DNA of 64,000 nt from the human T2T-CHM13v2.0 reference genome, Homo sapiens. The stretch lies in NCBI RefSeq assembly GCF_009914755.1, contig NC_060930.1; one strand, given 5' to 3'. Below, piece by piece: positions 1 to 12,680 of this stretch (within the stretch, counting starts at the first letter, position 1; the number at the start of each line of letters is the position of its first letter). Made by a program: the position numbers and the translations under genes. The notes under the pieces are model-generated. The model searched no databases, was not told the DNA's origin, and was given only the letters and a program-made list of their open reading frames with translations.

Positions 1-82
1 GCGCCACTGCACTCCAGCCTGGGCGACAGAGCGAGACTCCATCTCAAAAAACAAAAACAAAAACAAAAACAAAAACAAAAAA
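1..82 (+). mobile_element. 3' end of an Alu (AluY-like), cut by the window edge; tail converted to (CAAAAA)n
   Basis: GCGCCACTGCACTCCAGCCTGGGCGACAGAGCGAGACTCC with CpGs retained, then an A-rich tail. Confidence 0.95.
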
Positions 83-219
83 CATCAAGGGAAAAGGAAA
101 CGTGACATCATGCAAACCTAAGGTTTTTATGATGGAGAACATTGGTATACTACAGAGAACTGCAGCATCAGGAGTAAAGCCAGCAGAGGTCATAAGTCCA
201 GCAGGCTCTTTGTTCCGAG

Positions 220-560
220 TTGCTGCAGATCATTCTGGTGGATGTATCCTCCAGACAGCTGGAAATATGAACCTGGAGCTTGGTGGAAATTGGATACTAA
301 ATTATTATCTCCCTAGAATTGAGATTTAAATTTTTGATAGATAAGTAAGACATGGAGAAAAGGAGAGGAATGAGGCTGGAAATGAGCGACTCATTCATTT
401 GAGAAACACATAAACGCATACCTCTTTTAAGTGTTAGGTACTGAGCTAAGCATGAGAGAAATCTATATTAATAAGGTGAGGAAGAAGATGCAGCACTGAG
501 GTTAGGGAAAAATCAGAGAGGAAAAGACACTACTGTGTTATCACTGCAACAGATGAAGTA
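220..560 (-). mobile_element. Degraded L2 fragments
   Basis: cagctggaaatatgaacctggagct and an attcattt...gtgttaggtactgagctaag segment resemble antisense L2. Confidence 0.45.
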
Positions 561-574
561 TAGTATCTTTCAGG

Positions 575-956
575 ATATTGGTTCTTTTCATCTGTTATCA
601 AATATGTGGGCATGGGGTTGTCCTTAATATTTATTCATTTATTATCCTCTTAACATAATGAAATCTGTAGTGATGGCCCCTCTTTCATTTCTAATATTAG
701 TAATGTGTCTTTATTCTTTTTTTCTTTGTTGGACTGACTAGAGGTTTATCAATTGTATTGATCTTGCCGAAGAAACAGCTTTTGATTTCATTGATTTCCT
801 TTATTGTTTTCCTGTTTCAATTTGATTATTTTCCTAATATATTTATTCAGTGCTACAAACATTCCTTTAAGCAGTGTTTTTTGCTGCATACTGCACATTT
901 TGACAAGATGTATCGTTATTTTTATTTAGTTCAACATAGTCTTAATATTTCTTGAG
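575..956 (-). mobile_element. Old L1M ORF2 fragment
   Basis: T-rich antisense L1 text: tctgtagtgatggcccctctttcatttctaatatt...ctagaggtttatcaattgtattgatctt...cagcttttgatttcattgatt. Confidence 0.85.
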
Positions 957-1104
957 TGCCGCTGGAGATACTAAGCTGGAGTCATGATGTGAGTATAAAG
1001 GTTGCTCTGTAATTTGCTAACTAACCCTATAGCTTCCCCCACAACCACGAACATCACAGCCGCAGCCACATCACTGACCACTGACCTGCCAGTCCCATGG
1101 CAAC

Positions 1105-1273
1105 TTGCTATGTGTTTATCATGTGCCAGGCACTGTGCAATTGGAATTCATGCATACATCTCTCACCCTGCCTCTTTGCAATAGATATAACTACCTCTAC
1201 TGTAGATGCAGAAACTTGCCCAAGTGCATAACTAGAGGAAGGTGGAATTAAGAATTAAATGTGTGCTTGACTC
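1105..1273 (-). mobile_element. MIR
   Basis: atgtgccaggcactgtgc...tagatgcagaaacttgcccaag, the antisense MIR core. Confidence 0.65.
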
Positions 1274-1379
1274 TCTCTGGATCCCATCTCCTTGTGTCTT
1301 TTCAAAGAACCTCACTCTGATTGTCCCATGTCCCTCTGTCTATGGACTCCTTCTTTATAACAAGTAGCATCAGACTTCC

Positions 1380-2030
1380 CTTGGCCACCACATTCCCTCA
1401 AAACACCTGCCCTATCTCTTCCTCTTTATGGCCAAACGTCTCAAAAGAGCAATTTATGCTTCCAGTTTCCACATCCTTTCTTTCCAGTCACTACCTCAGC
1501 CAGAGAATCTGGCTTTGCTTTCACCAAACCATTTGCCATGGATGAGCTTTTCTTAATTTCAACAACCACTCTTCGATTCTACTTGTTTGACTTCCCTGTA
1601 GCTTCAGGCACAGTGGGATACTCTTTCCTATTGGAGGCCCCTTTCCTTGACTTCATGGTGCTGCCACTTCCTCCTCAGTCTCCTTTTCGGGCCTCTCTCC
1701 TCTGCCCATTCAACTGTGGCACCGTCACTCGTACCCTTATGTCTTTCCTGCTGATGCCTGTTTGCTGGGGAATCTTGCCATTCTCAGGCTTTCAGCCATC
1801 ATAAGTGCCCAGGACTCCCAAGTTCATGTCCAGAACCTGCTCTGGTCCTCCAAGCTTCAGACTGGACCAATCTATCACCAGGTGTGGATGTCTCCTTGAA
1901 TGACTCAGAGACACCTCAAACTCTGCCTGTCAAAAAGAACTCATTACGTCTCCCTAAAGTCATCTGTCCTTTCAGTTTTTATGTTCTCATATGCTGAACA
2001 AGGGGGACAGTATCTTAAGTCTCCACTTTC
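1380..2030 (+). mobile_element. L2 (RT-region remnant)
   Basis: Pyrimidine-rich L2 text: aatctggctttgc...gactcccaagttcatgtccag...ggatgtctcc...cacctcaaactc. Confidence 0.75.
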
Positions 2031-4519
2031 TTTTCCTGAGAGTAAATTAAAGAAAATGTCAACCTTGAAATTATATCCAGCAATCAATCATAATTTATAA
2101 AGCATTGAGTTGATGAAACAACAGAAAGAAATATTTATTGAGCCTGAACTTCATGCTTCAGGGTGTTATTTCAAGGTTAATAAGAATTGTTATTATAGTA
2201 TTTTAATATAACTTATTACTTGGAATCTTAAAAGATTTTCATTATAATATTTGAACTTTCCTTATAATTACACAAATCTGAAAATTCAGGGCAAACAAGT
2301 CATGAAAATACCTTTACATCTAATCCTTAGATTTGGAAGACACAAACTGACCTCCATTTTTGGCAATCATTTTCTAGAATATTCATAAAGAAATTTGATT
2401 TGATAGTAAAACTCTTACAAATGCATTCTGTAGTTTCGGGAGTTGAGTGTGAGAGGACATATTAATGAGAAGGGTTAAGTATTGACATGACTCTCTCAGG
2501 ATTTCATCTTTCTTTTCCACATAAGGGCGGATTTTTAATATAATTGTTCTTTTTTGGAGAGAGATTAACTGATCATTTCTAAATTTCTTTTTTTTTCAAA
2601 CCTTTGAGACTCTGATATTCTATTGCAACTATGTTAGTAATATACGGATAACTTATCAACTTTCATTTAGAGTTAAGAGAGTTGTTTATGTGGGAATAGC
2701 TCCAGATAAAATTGGAAAAGGAAAATTCTCTAGGTTAAGTACATTTAGAAATATTGCCTGTTAGAAAACACATAAAAAATGTATTCAGTGAAGGCTTTTT
2801 TTTTTCATTTACAAAATAAATACTGTAGAGCCAAGTACATTCTCTCAATGTATCCATTTACTAGAATGGTTGATTATATTGATTTTTTTCTCTACAAATT
2901 TCAATCAAAATACTATGTATTTTAAAAGTAGTGCTTCATAGTCCTGGCACTGTTCTTAAAATCCAAAGTATTCCTTTTATCTCTTTGACAGGTGTCAGCT
3001 ACAGCTATATTAAAACTCTACATTTTAATCTTTCTGAGTTCAATTCTCTTGACGAATTTCTTCTTCCTCCATGCCTGGAGTTCTGACTTCAAAAGAAGAT
3101 TTTCATACACAGGAGAGATAAATGCCAGGAGAATTGAAGCAAGGATTGGGTCAAATAACATTGGAAACCCTTTCTTCCTGCATTTTGAGATGTGAAATGT
3201 GAACTCAAACCAAATAGTAAAAGAAGTACTGCACCACTCTTACTATCGGCTCTATAGGTTCTACCTGGGAGAAATTGTCTCTCTCAAGAAGACAAGTTCA
3301 TAAACTGACTTTGCTGGGATATCCAATTCCTTCCAAGACCCATCCTATAAATGAAAAAAACCTGCAGATTAAACATTGTAGAATACCATGGACGGGTGGT
3401 TCCATTGCCAGATGCTGCATGAAGAATAAAATCTGGGATACTCAGTGTTTAGGAAGGGTGGGTATTTTTAGTGTCTGGAGCTACTGGACATTAGGAGGAA
3501 ATGGTAAAGGAGGGACCCATTAGTGCAAACAGATTGGAGCATTTTCTGGGTCAGTCCCTGTTTTCCTCTCAAGGTGTGTGGCCTTTTCATGCTATGCTCC
3601 TGCCGGGTCCAGCTTCCCTTTCAGATCTGTGGTGTGTGGGAGGTGCACACACTCAGGCGTGTGCCTGGAAGGAAATGGACCTGCACTCACAAGGGCAGAG
3701 GAGTGCCTGCTGATATTTTTCTGCAGACATCTCTTAGTGCTTGAAACCTGAGGTTGCAACTTCAGATGGAGACTTCACACATCTCTGAAGCAGAGATTTT
3801 CTGCTTTAGGGAATAGGAATTTCACCCTCTTTTATGGGCTTACCACAGTGGAAACTGTTTTTCAGAATCTTGTAATTATAGAAGACTGCTGAGCAGCTGT
3901 TATCTAACCACAAGAAGAGCAAAATATGAAAAGGCTAGAGGACAGCTGAGGCCAGGTAGAAGCAAATGAGGCAAGTAGAAGGATTTTCAGACTGGATGAG
4001 CTCTGCAGTGGACATTCAGGCCTCTGCAATGGTTCCTGAAATTTTGGTCTTGTGCTTCTTGAGCCCACCAATGAGAAGATTGTATGGCAAAATATACATA
4101 TGGTACAGCCTTCCTGAAGAATTAAGCAAAGGGAGTGTTACCTGGTTGGCCAGATCAGCTGAACCAGGTCCTGGCCAATGCTCCCTCTGGGTGCCTGATT
4201 GGCTAGGGGGTCAGGCCAGCAGGCTCCAGTCAAGGACAATTGTCACTGAAGCAGAATGAGATCCAACATATAAATTCAAACTTTCCAAGTCTAATTCCAC
4301 TAGAATTACATTAAACTGTTGGGTCATTATAAAGAGTCATGACAAAAATAAAGTATGACTGGAGCTTCCAGATACTCTTGAATTACCTCTTTTTGTCAAG
4401 TCCAATACTCACATTAAACATGCATCTTTCTAGTTCACCTCTATTGCTCCTAAAATCTAAATGAAGTTACTCAGCTTGTCCCCTTGATGCCTGTTTCCAC
4501 GGAAGGTGTAAGCAGGCAG

Positions 4520-4617
4520 GCTTTGTAGTCTGATAAGCCTGGCTCAAATCCTGCTCTTGAAACTAAGCAACATATTTAGCTGCCCTGTGCTACAGTTTAC
4601 TCACATAGGTAAAGGAT
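4520..4617 (+). mobile_element. MIR fragment interrupted by MLT1A
   Basis: agcctggctcaaatcctgctc...ctgtgctacagtttactcacataggtaaa. Confidence 0.5.
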
Positions 4618-4967
4618 CAACTACTGCTGAGCTGTGTCCCCCCGAAAATCGTATGTTGAAGTAGTAACCCCCAATGTGAAATATTGAGAGGTGGAGGCTT
4701 TGGGAGGTGATGTGGTCTTGAGTGTGGATGAGTGCCCTTAGACAAGAAGCCCACCAAGGAGGAGCTTGTTGTACCCTTCCACCTCGTGAGGACACAGAGA
4801 CAAGACACCGTCTGTGGACCAGGAAGCAGCCCTCACCAGGCACTGACTATGCCAGTGCTTTGATCTTGGACTTCCCAGCTCCAAAACCGTGGGAAATGAA
4901 TTTCTGTTCTTTCTAAGTTACCCAGCTTACGGTATTTTTGTTCCAGTCGCCTGAAGGGACTAAGACA
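4618..4967 (+). mobile_element. MLT1A-type MaLR solo LTR
   Basis: tgtgtccccccgaaaatcgtatgttgaag...tgatcttggacttcccagctcc...gactaagaca terminus. Confidence 0.9.
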
Positions 4968-5112
4968 ACGACCAGCCTCACCTTCTCATCTTTTCCACCC
5001 TTTTTTGTTCGTTTTGGTAAGCATTACAAGTATTTAGCAAATGGTTTGGAAAATATTAAATGACAAATAAATACAAGCTTTATTTATTTATTTATTTATT
5101 TAATGTCATTAG

Positions 5113-5516
<404 letters not shown>

Positions 5517-6040
5517 AGTATTGTTGTTTTTACTATGGTTTGAATAATGTGGCTTTTTGCTATTGAAAAGAATATGAATGCCCTTAATGTAACCTTAGCA
5601 AACATAAGCTTCAGCTAATATTCAGTAGGATGAGATGCAATTTTGGATAAAGGTCAGGTTTGGAGAGAGGCCTTGAGAGGTGGGGTGAGAGAGGTTGAGA
5701 GGTTGTCCTCCTCTACCCAACAAACCCTTAGGTCCACTTGTGTCAGGGGGCTGGAGGTATTCTTTTGCTGTTTTTGTTTGTTTCACATTTCTTCCTGTAA
5801 AAATTCAGTTGAACTGGCACCCCTGAGAATCAAGCTTATCCCTCCACTTTATTTGCTTTGAGACAGTTGCACTGAAGAACTGAGGCATGATCACGGGGTC
5901 CGCAGTGGGATAGGAAGGATGCCATGGGGCCCACACCCCTTCCATCTTCCTGCCACTGTGGCTCAGGAAACAGGGTTATTTTCTGCAGAAAGATCCTTTC
6001 AAAATTGTGACTCCCAAAGCCAACAAATTCTGGTGGCAAG

Positions 6041-6617
6041 TATAAACCTAAAATAAAATTCTAAGGTCCCCCAACCTTCTGAATAGACCCTTTGTCTTGG
6101 CCAAAGGCATTCCAGGGTTAACCTGAAAATCTAGTTGAGGCCATGGTGGAAGAGGAGGTTGGACAGACTTCATTATATCCTACAGCATTAGCATCAACAC
6201 AGACCTTCAGTCTGATAAGAAACATTTACAGTCTGTTCTCTCTGAAGGCTGCTCCTTGGAAACTTCACCTGCATGACAAAAGCTTGGTCCCCACAAGCCG
6301 TTTGTAATCCAGACATTCCTTTCTGCCGATAATAACTCTTCCAACCAACTGCCAATCAGAAACATTTAAAATCTACCTATGACCTGGAAGCCCCTGCATC
6401 AAGTTACCCCACGCTTCCAGATTGAACCAATGTAAATCCTACGTATATTGATTGGTGTGTTATGTCTCTTTAAAGTGTATAAAAGCAGGCTGTACCCGAC
6501 CACCTTGGGCATATGTCCTCAGAACCTCCTGAGAATGTATCATGGTGCACCCTTAACATTGGCAAAACAAACTTTCTAAATTGATCAAGACCTGTTTCAG
6601 ATACTTTTGGGTTCACG
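6041..6617 (+). mobile_element. MER4-group ERV1 solo LTR
   Basis: Starts tataaacctaaaataaaattctaag, ends tactttttgggttcacg-like (atacttttgggttcacg); TATA gtataaaag; 4-bp TSD CAAG at 6037-6040 and 6618-6621. Confidence 0.9.
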
Positions 6618-7010
6618 CAAGTCTATGGAATTTGAAGTTAAAAGCCTTTCCTACTTTTTTTTTGTCTTTTAAGATAAGGACAACTTAATGTGAAGAGAAA
6701 AAAGACATGACAAAGTAGGTGGGGTTCTTTATGACGGACACCAACATCAATGCTTGCTGGAAGAGGTTAGCTTCCAGGTTGTCACTTTGAAATCAAGCCA
6801 AGGAGGGCCCAGCTCAAGACAGATATGGGGGCATTTGCTTGGGATGGAAGAGACAGAAAAGTCTGAAGTCCAAGTGCTTGCCTGGGGGTTCTGTGTGTGT
6901 CAACCAGAGAGTCTTTGGGATTTTTGAAGATACAATGGTGTATTTTCCTATGACTCACGATTTAAGTCAAAATTTCTCCAAAACATTCCAGAATGAAGAG
7001 TGATCCAAGG

Positions 7011-7075
7011 GCTGTTCTCTCTGAAGCCTGCTACTTGGAGGCTTCAAAACTTGGTCTTCACAACCCCTTTGTAAT
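7011..7075 (+). mobile_element. Short orphan MER4-like internal fragment
   Basis: Aligns by eye to 6232-6308 of the neighbouring LTR. Confidence 0.75.
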
Positions 7076-7314
7076 GGGTTGTTTGTCTTTGGAATGTTTG
7101 TTAAAATGTATATTCCAAGCCTAACAAATGAGTATGTGCAGGGAAAGTTCCTGGGAACCAGCACATGGATGAGCCCCCAGGTTGATGCCTCAGTTGTGTG
7201 AGAGTGTGAGGGCGCCTGCCTGCCCCAAGCCTGCCTGCCCTGCCCATAGGCCTGAGACTTCTGTTCAGGCTTCACTCCTCACTCTTCCAGCTGTGACAGG
7301 TTCTTTCTTCTTAA

Positions 7315-7625
<311 letters not shown>

Positions 7626-7649
7626 TCTCTAGGTCTCTTACCTCCTCAT

Positions 7650-8070
7650 TTCCTCTCAACCCCATGGCACGAACTTTATTCTTGCTTCGGTCGACTCACA
7701 TTGGGTTATTGCAATGGCTTCATAACCATCTCCCGACACCCATCCTTCTCCCTCTGCTTCATTTTGCACGCTGAGGCTGATTCCCATCCTATCACTCCAT
7801 TGTTCATGTATACATCGAAGCCCCTTCACCTGGCATCAGAGGCTGTCTGCAGTCTGACCTCAGATTACCCTTCTTTACACTCTTTCTGATCCTTTACTCT
7901 GTACTAGAGGAGACTGCTATTATTTTTCCTTCTCCTTCTGTCTTCTCCTAATGTGACATTCACATTCTGTTATTTATATTGCTTCTCACTCCAATTAGAA
8001 TTCCACCACCTCTTCTTAATGTCCCAGAATCCTTAAGCATTCAGCTACTAACACCATAATTGTCTCCTCA
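7650..8070 (+). mobile_element. L2 fragment
   Basis: ttattgcaatggcttcataacc...ccccttcacctggcatcagaggctgtctgcagtctgacc. Confidence 0.6.
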
Positions 8071-8155
8071 GATCATTTCAGTTAAAAAAAAAAGCGAAGG
8101 CCCCAGTCCTCACCCTTCCAGCCTATGTTTTGCAATGAATCTTTGGGTTGTTATG

Positions 8156-8652
8156 TGTTAACTAAAGAATAACAAATCAAACTTTTAAAGAATTAAAGTT
8201 AGTTTTATTCAGAAGCCTTACCGAAGACTGTAGATGGAGGTCTACAGCCCGGGAGCAGTTCCATCAGAGGCTCCAATGTGGTGTTTCAGCTCACAGTTTA
8301 TGGACGGGTGGTGAAGGTTCAGTACGTGCAAAATCACGTCAAAGTCTGGGTGCCAGAGTATATCTGGTTATAGATGACTAAAATGCATTTAGTAATGAAT
8401 TACAGAGGCATAGTCACTAACCCTGTCAAACGTTATCTTCTGTGTAGGAAAAGTCAAGGCTAGGGTCATTCATCTTTTAAGGAGCATAGTGACTCAGGCA
8501 AGTGGTGTGGGAGCCATGTGGTCCATCCTGTTTTGTCTTCAAAGCATCTTCCCAAAGAGCTGCGTGGCCTCACAGATTCAGGGACTGTGTGAAATTATCT
8601 TGACAAGCACAAATGAGCAGACATGGCCTCTCGCACTTGTGACTGTCTCACA
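8156..8652 (-). mobile_element. MER67-like ERV1 solo LTR
   Basis: Minus strand begins tgtgagacagtcacaag...gccatgtctgctcattt and ends aataaaactaactttaattctttaaaag...tagttaaca; flanks tatg/tgtg are a degenerate 4-bp TSD. Confidence 0.8.
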
Positions 8653-8656
8653 TGTG

Positions 8657-8785
8657 TATTATGTAAGTCTCTCCCCCGCCGAACCCTAAGCCCCTTGAGA
8701 GCAGAAGTGTGTGCTGTGGTTGCATTTTCAGCCAGGACTAGCTCAGTTCCTGGCTCATGATGGGGCTTAATCCACTGGCCTGAAC
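8657..8785 (+). mobile_element. L2 3' end
   Basis: gtctctccccc...taagccccttgagagcag...ctagctcagttcctggctcatgatggggcttaa. Confidence 0.6.
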
Positions 8786-9039
8786 TCTTCTCCTGGACAC
8801 CAGAGCCTTCTCCCAATTTCCTGCCCCATTGAGTAATAAATACGGTCTCTGGGGCCTCCATCCTATGCGCCTTCCTTTATGTATCAGGTGCCTCAAATTA
8901 GAACCAAGAATTCTCAGTTACATTATGTTAGGTGAGCCTAGAATATTGGTTTTGGTGGCTCTGAGAAAATCCCCTTCCACTGTCCAAGTGGCCAGGAATC
9001 CACTGAGTGTCTTTATATTCACAGCATGCTACCTGTCCA

Positions 9040-9200
9040 TTCCATTGCCGCTTCCTTCCTTTATGCAGCATGTGCTTGAATGTGATGACAGTGAAGACTG
9101 CAAGGCTCTGGAGGGGGTGCAGAGATGAAGGGATGTGTGGTTTGTTTTCAAGGAACTCGAGTCTGGTGGGGGACAGAAAAGATGAATGCAAGAAACTTTA
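9040..9200 (-). mobile_element. L2 3' end
   Basis: ttcaaggaactcgagtctggtgggggacaga. Confidence 0.55.
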
Positions 9201-10849
9201 ATGCGAGGTTGGTCATATCAGGCCAGCTTTACCTACCCATGATAGTTAGCTCTCTGAGGACGGGTGGCTCATCTGATTGGACAGAATCTCAGATGCAGGC
9301 TGTGCCAAGGCAAGGCTGGCAAGAGTCCCAGAAGTTCAGTTCACTTGCCCCTGGACTTCCTGCCCTTGCCCTGTTTGGGGAACAAGCCCCTGAGGCCTGC
9401 ATGGCTGGCTGTCCTCTCTTCCGTTCATCTCTTTTGTCCTGAACACCAGGGTGAGTAGTCTTTGTACTTACTACTTTTCTCTGCCAACTCTGTCTGGACT
9501 CTGGACTAGAAACTGTGAGATCTGGGCTCTAGGGACAGAGCAGAAGGCAACAGAAGGCAACGATCTTCCTTGGGAGAAAGTCAAATCCCCTAATAAAAGC
9601 TTTCAGTGAATTTGTTCTGGAGTTTTGTAGTGACGAATACAGCGGTGCTTCTCCCCCATCATGCTGGTTCTTGCTAATAGCTTCCTGGAAAATTTTGGAA
9701 TAGAGGTGAATGTTGGAGGAATTTGAGAACCTTGGTTCTAGGTTCTAGAAGGTTAACTTAATTCACCAATGCTGTAACGTAACCATTAGCAATAGAGCTT
9801 CATGGGAAAATTGCAATAAAAAATCAATTCTTTCTATTTTGTGTGTATTTTGCAGTTTACAAAGCCTTTCTACAGGCAGCAAAATAAAAGGGAACTTAGT
9901 GCTTGACTCAGAGAGAACTACTTTTCGAACGGTGTAAACATAATACATACTAGCTCCTGTCTTCAATAGTTTGAAGGCGTTTGCTGAAACTGTTTTTTTA
10001 AGTTAGAAAACAGCCTACGGTTTTGGAAGAGTCTATAATTGGACCCCAAATCACTTTTTTAAATAACAGACTTGTACATTCTCATAAAAGTAAAAGCCCT
10101 ATATTATTGTTATCCAAATTTGTGTACCCAAAACACCAGTGTTTCAGACAATTAAATGTGACAGTTGAGGGTCACAGTTAAGGGCTTGAACAATTTTCCC
10201 TTTTGTTTATTCCCAGCTCAGATTATTTGTAAACTTGCATATGACATAACTTTAGGGGCCAAGTGTGGCAGAAGTGTCATCTTCCCATGACATGCGCCTT
10301 GTGTCCCTGGGGAGGGAGCTCCCGTGAACTGATGGAGATGTCAGACTGTGTTACAGGAGTGTCAACAGCTGCACATTTATCACTGCGCCATAGGCTCTCT
10401 CAGACTGAAAGATTTCACTGTTTATTCACAGCAAAGACACTTAATTAATGGGTAGGCCTAATCGGGCTGTCTTATTATTTGCAGGGATACCAGTGTGGCT
10501 TAGCTCAACTGATGTGCAAACAAACCATCCTTGAGGAAGCTTTAATTAATAATTCTGAGCCAGGCTTCCGAGAGGCCATGTCTCCCAGCTCTGGGGTGAT
10601 TTACAGCGTCTCCTTTGCCATGTTCTCATGTCCCCTGCATGCAAATGAGTGACCACCCTAGCAGATCTTTCTTTTTCGACTGCACTGGGGTGTGTTTATT
10701 ACAGAAACGTTCTTATCTTTGCACAGGACTTAATGGAGATAGATACCCTGAATGGGAAAATTCCTGGTGTCTTTCTTAGATATGTTGCCATTTAGAAACA
10801 TTTACATACACACACCGAGCACCGACTAAGCTAAAATACGGAGAGAATT

Positions 10850-11370
10850 CATTCGCTTTAGTGAATCCAGAAGTGAATTAGGCTTAGTGCTCATTCGAGG
10901 CTCTCAATCTAGTTGGGAGTCATATATTTAAACAAATAATTATAATACAAGGTCAATTACACTCCACGCTAACCCAGAATCAGAAAGCCTACAGAGAGAA
11001 TAAGAAAGGGAGAAATAAAGTACTGCTGGCTGCACCAGGGAGGCCCCTTAGAGTGTGTGCATGTTGGGGGAGGGGGTAGTTAGTATGTTGGAGGATAAGA
11101 AGAATGGTTTGAAAGAAAGACAATTTTGAGAGCAACTTAGAGGGCGTGAGGCTGGGTGCAAGGGAATCAACTAGGAGACCCTTGCAACTGATTGTTTGAA
11201 GGAGTTGTTATCTGGGTATAAAATAGAGTCTGAGCACTGGAAATACAACAGGGGGTATTATATTCGAGAGACTTCCTGGAGACGAATCAAGAGATTTGAC
11301 AAGGGATTGAATGTGGGGGTGAGGACAGCAGCGCTATGACTGATTGGGAAGAGGTTTCCTTACTGTTACT
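10850..11370 (-). mobile_element. L2 fragment
   Basis: ctctcaatctagttgggag...aacaaataattataatacaagg...gaatcaagagatttgacaagggattgaatgtgggggtgagg. Confidence 0.65.
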
Positions 11371-11508
11371 CAAAACAGAGCTTCAGAGTTTGGTGGGGTA
11401 ATTTTTTTTCTCCTGTAATTTTTTGATAATACCACTGTATTACATTCTTGCATGTAGTGTAGCTGCTGGCAGACTCATATCAAGCAGTTTTCTGTTGTTT
11501 CCTAAGTA

Positions 11509-11940
11509 GAGATGCTTGTCAACTTAAGGTGGACTTATCTCCCTATAAGCTCATATTGAGTTGAAAATATTCTAAGTGGAAAATATTGTAAGTCAAAAGT
11601 GCATTTAATGTGCCTTACCTACCGAACATCATAGCTTAGCCTAATTTGCCTTAAACATGCTCGGAACACCTACATTAGCCTACTGGTGGGCAAAATTATC
11701 TGGCAACACAGTAAACTGTAGAGTAGCAGTTGTTTACCCTCATGATCCTGTGGCTGCCTGGGAGCTGGGGCCTGCTGCTGTCACCCAGCATCTAGAGAGA
11801 GTTTTGTACGGCATGTGGCTAGCTTGGGAAAAGATTAAACTCAAAATTTGAAGTACAGTTTTTAATTAATGCCTGTGGCTTTTGCACCATGAAAAGTTGA
11901 AAAATCTTAAGCTGAACCATGATAAATCAGGGGCTGTCTG
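11509..11940 (+). mobile_element. MER47B-type Tigger-derived DNA transposon
   Basis: cctaccgaacatcatagcttagcc...tgtttaccctcatgatc...aaaatttgaagtac; terminal-repeat remnants gagatgc/ctgtctg; TA duplication at 11507-11508 and 11941-11942. Confidence 0.9.
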
Positions 11941-12004
11941 TATATGTATATATATCTATCTGTGTATCTGCTGTCTGTCTTTATATCTATCTATCATCTC
12001 TATC

Positions 12005-12040
<36 letters not shown>

Positions 12041-12083
12041 GTCTATAATCTATATCTACCTATCATCTATATCTATCTATCTA

Positions 12084-12131
<48 letters not shown>

Positions 12132-12174
12132 ATCTATCTCTATCCTATCTATGTATCTATCTATCCATCCATCT
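11941..12174. repeat. Complex (TATC)n/(GATA)n tetranucleotide microsatellite
   Basis: Two pure TATC runs with TCA/TATA interruptions and a TCCA tail. Confidence 0.97.
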
Positions 12175-12179
12175 AATTT

Positions 12180-12680
12180 TTCTCTGAATGACTTCAGATC
12201 TTTAAAATCCTTATTCTTAAGTTTCACTCTGATATCTTGGTGTGAACCTTCCTTATCCTGCTTAAAATTCAAGAAATCTCAAGATCTGAAATTTCATTTT
12301 TAGTTCTGGGAAAAGCTATTACTATTATTCCTTCCTTGATTTTTTTCTCTATGTTTCAAGTTTCTATTAACTCGGTGCAGCAAGTCTATTTCTATATGCC
12401 ACGTATTTGAGCTTTGTTCTCTGATATCTACTAGATTCTGTCCTCCTGAATCCTGGGACAGTTTCTCCACCAATTTTTCAGCTCTCTATTTCATCCTGGT
12501 GCTATCTGTTACTTTCCCCATCAAAGCATTCTGTAAATTATTACATGTTTTAATAGCAATTATTTTCCCAAATGGTCTTTGACTTCTGCTTTTTATTACT
12601 GCTATCTTCTTGTCTGCCTCTGAGGATAAGGATTCTCCTATTTTAAATTCTTGATGTGTCTCTTCCATGAATTCTACCTA
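12180..12680 (-). mobile_element. Old L1M/HAL1 ORF1-region fragment
   Basis: ttagttctgggaaaagctattactattattcc and related antisense L1 ORF1 text. Confidence 0.55.

Noticed and set aside
9541-9561. Short tandem duplications (CAGAAGGCAA x2; similar at ~16001, 45694, 48908, 49641, 49925, 58731)
   Set aside because: Ordinary slippage events with no periodic array.
11941-12174. Identity with a named forensic STR
   Set aside because: I do not recognise the flanks as any specific marker.
11882-12187. Repetitive IYLS ORFs
   Set aside because: Translation of the TATC microsatellite.
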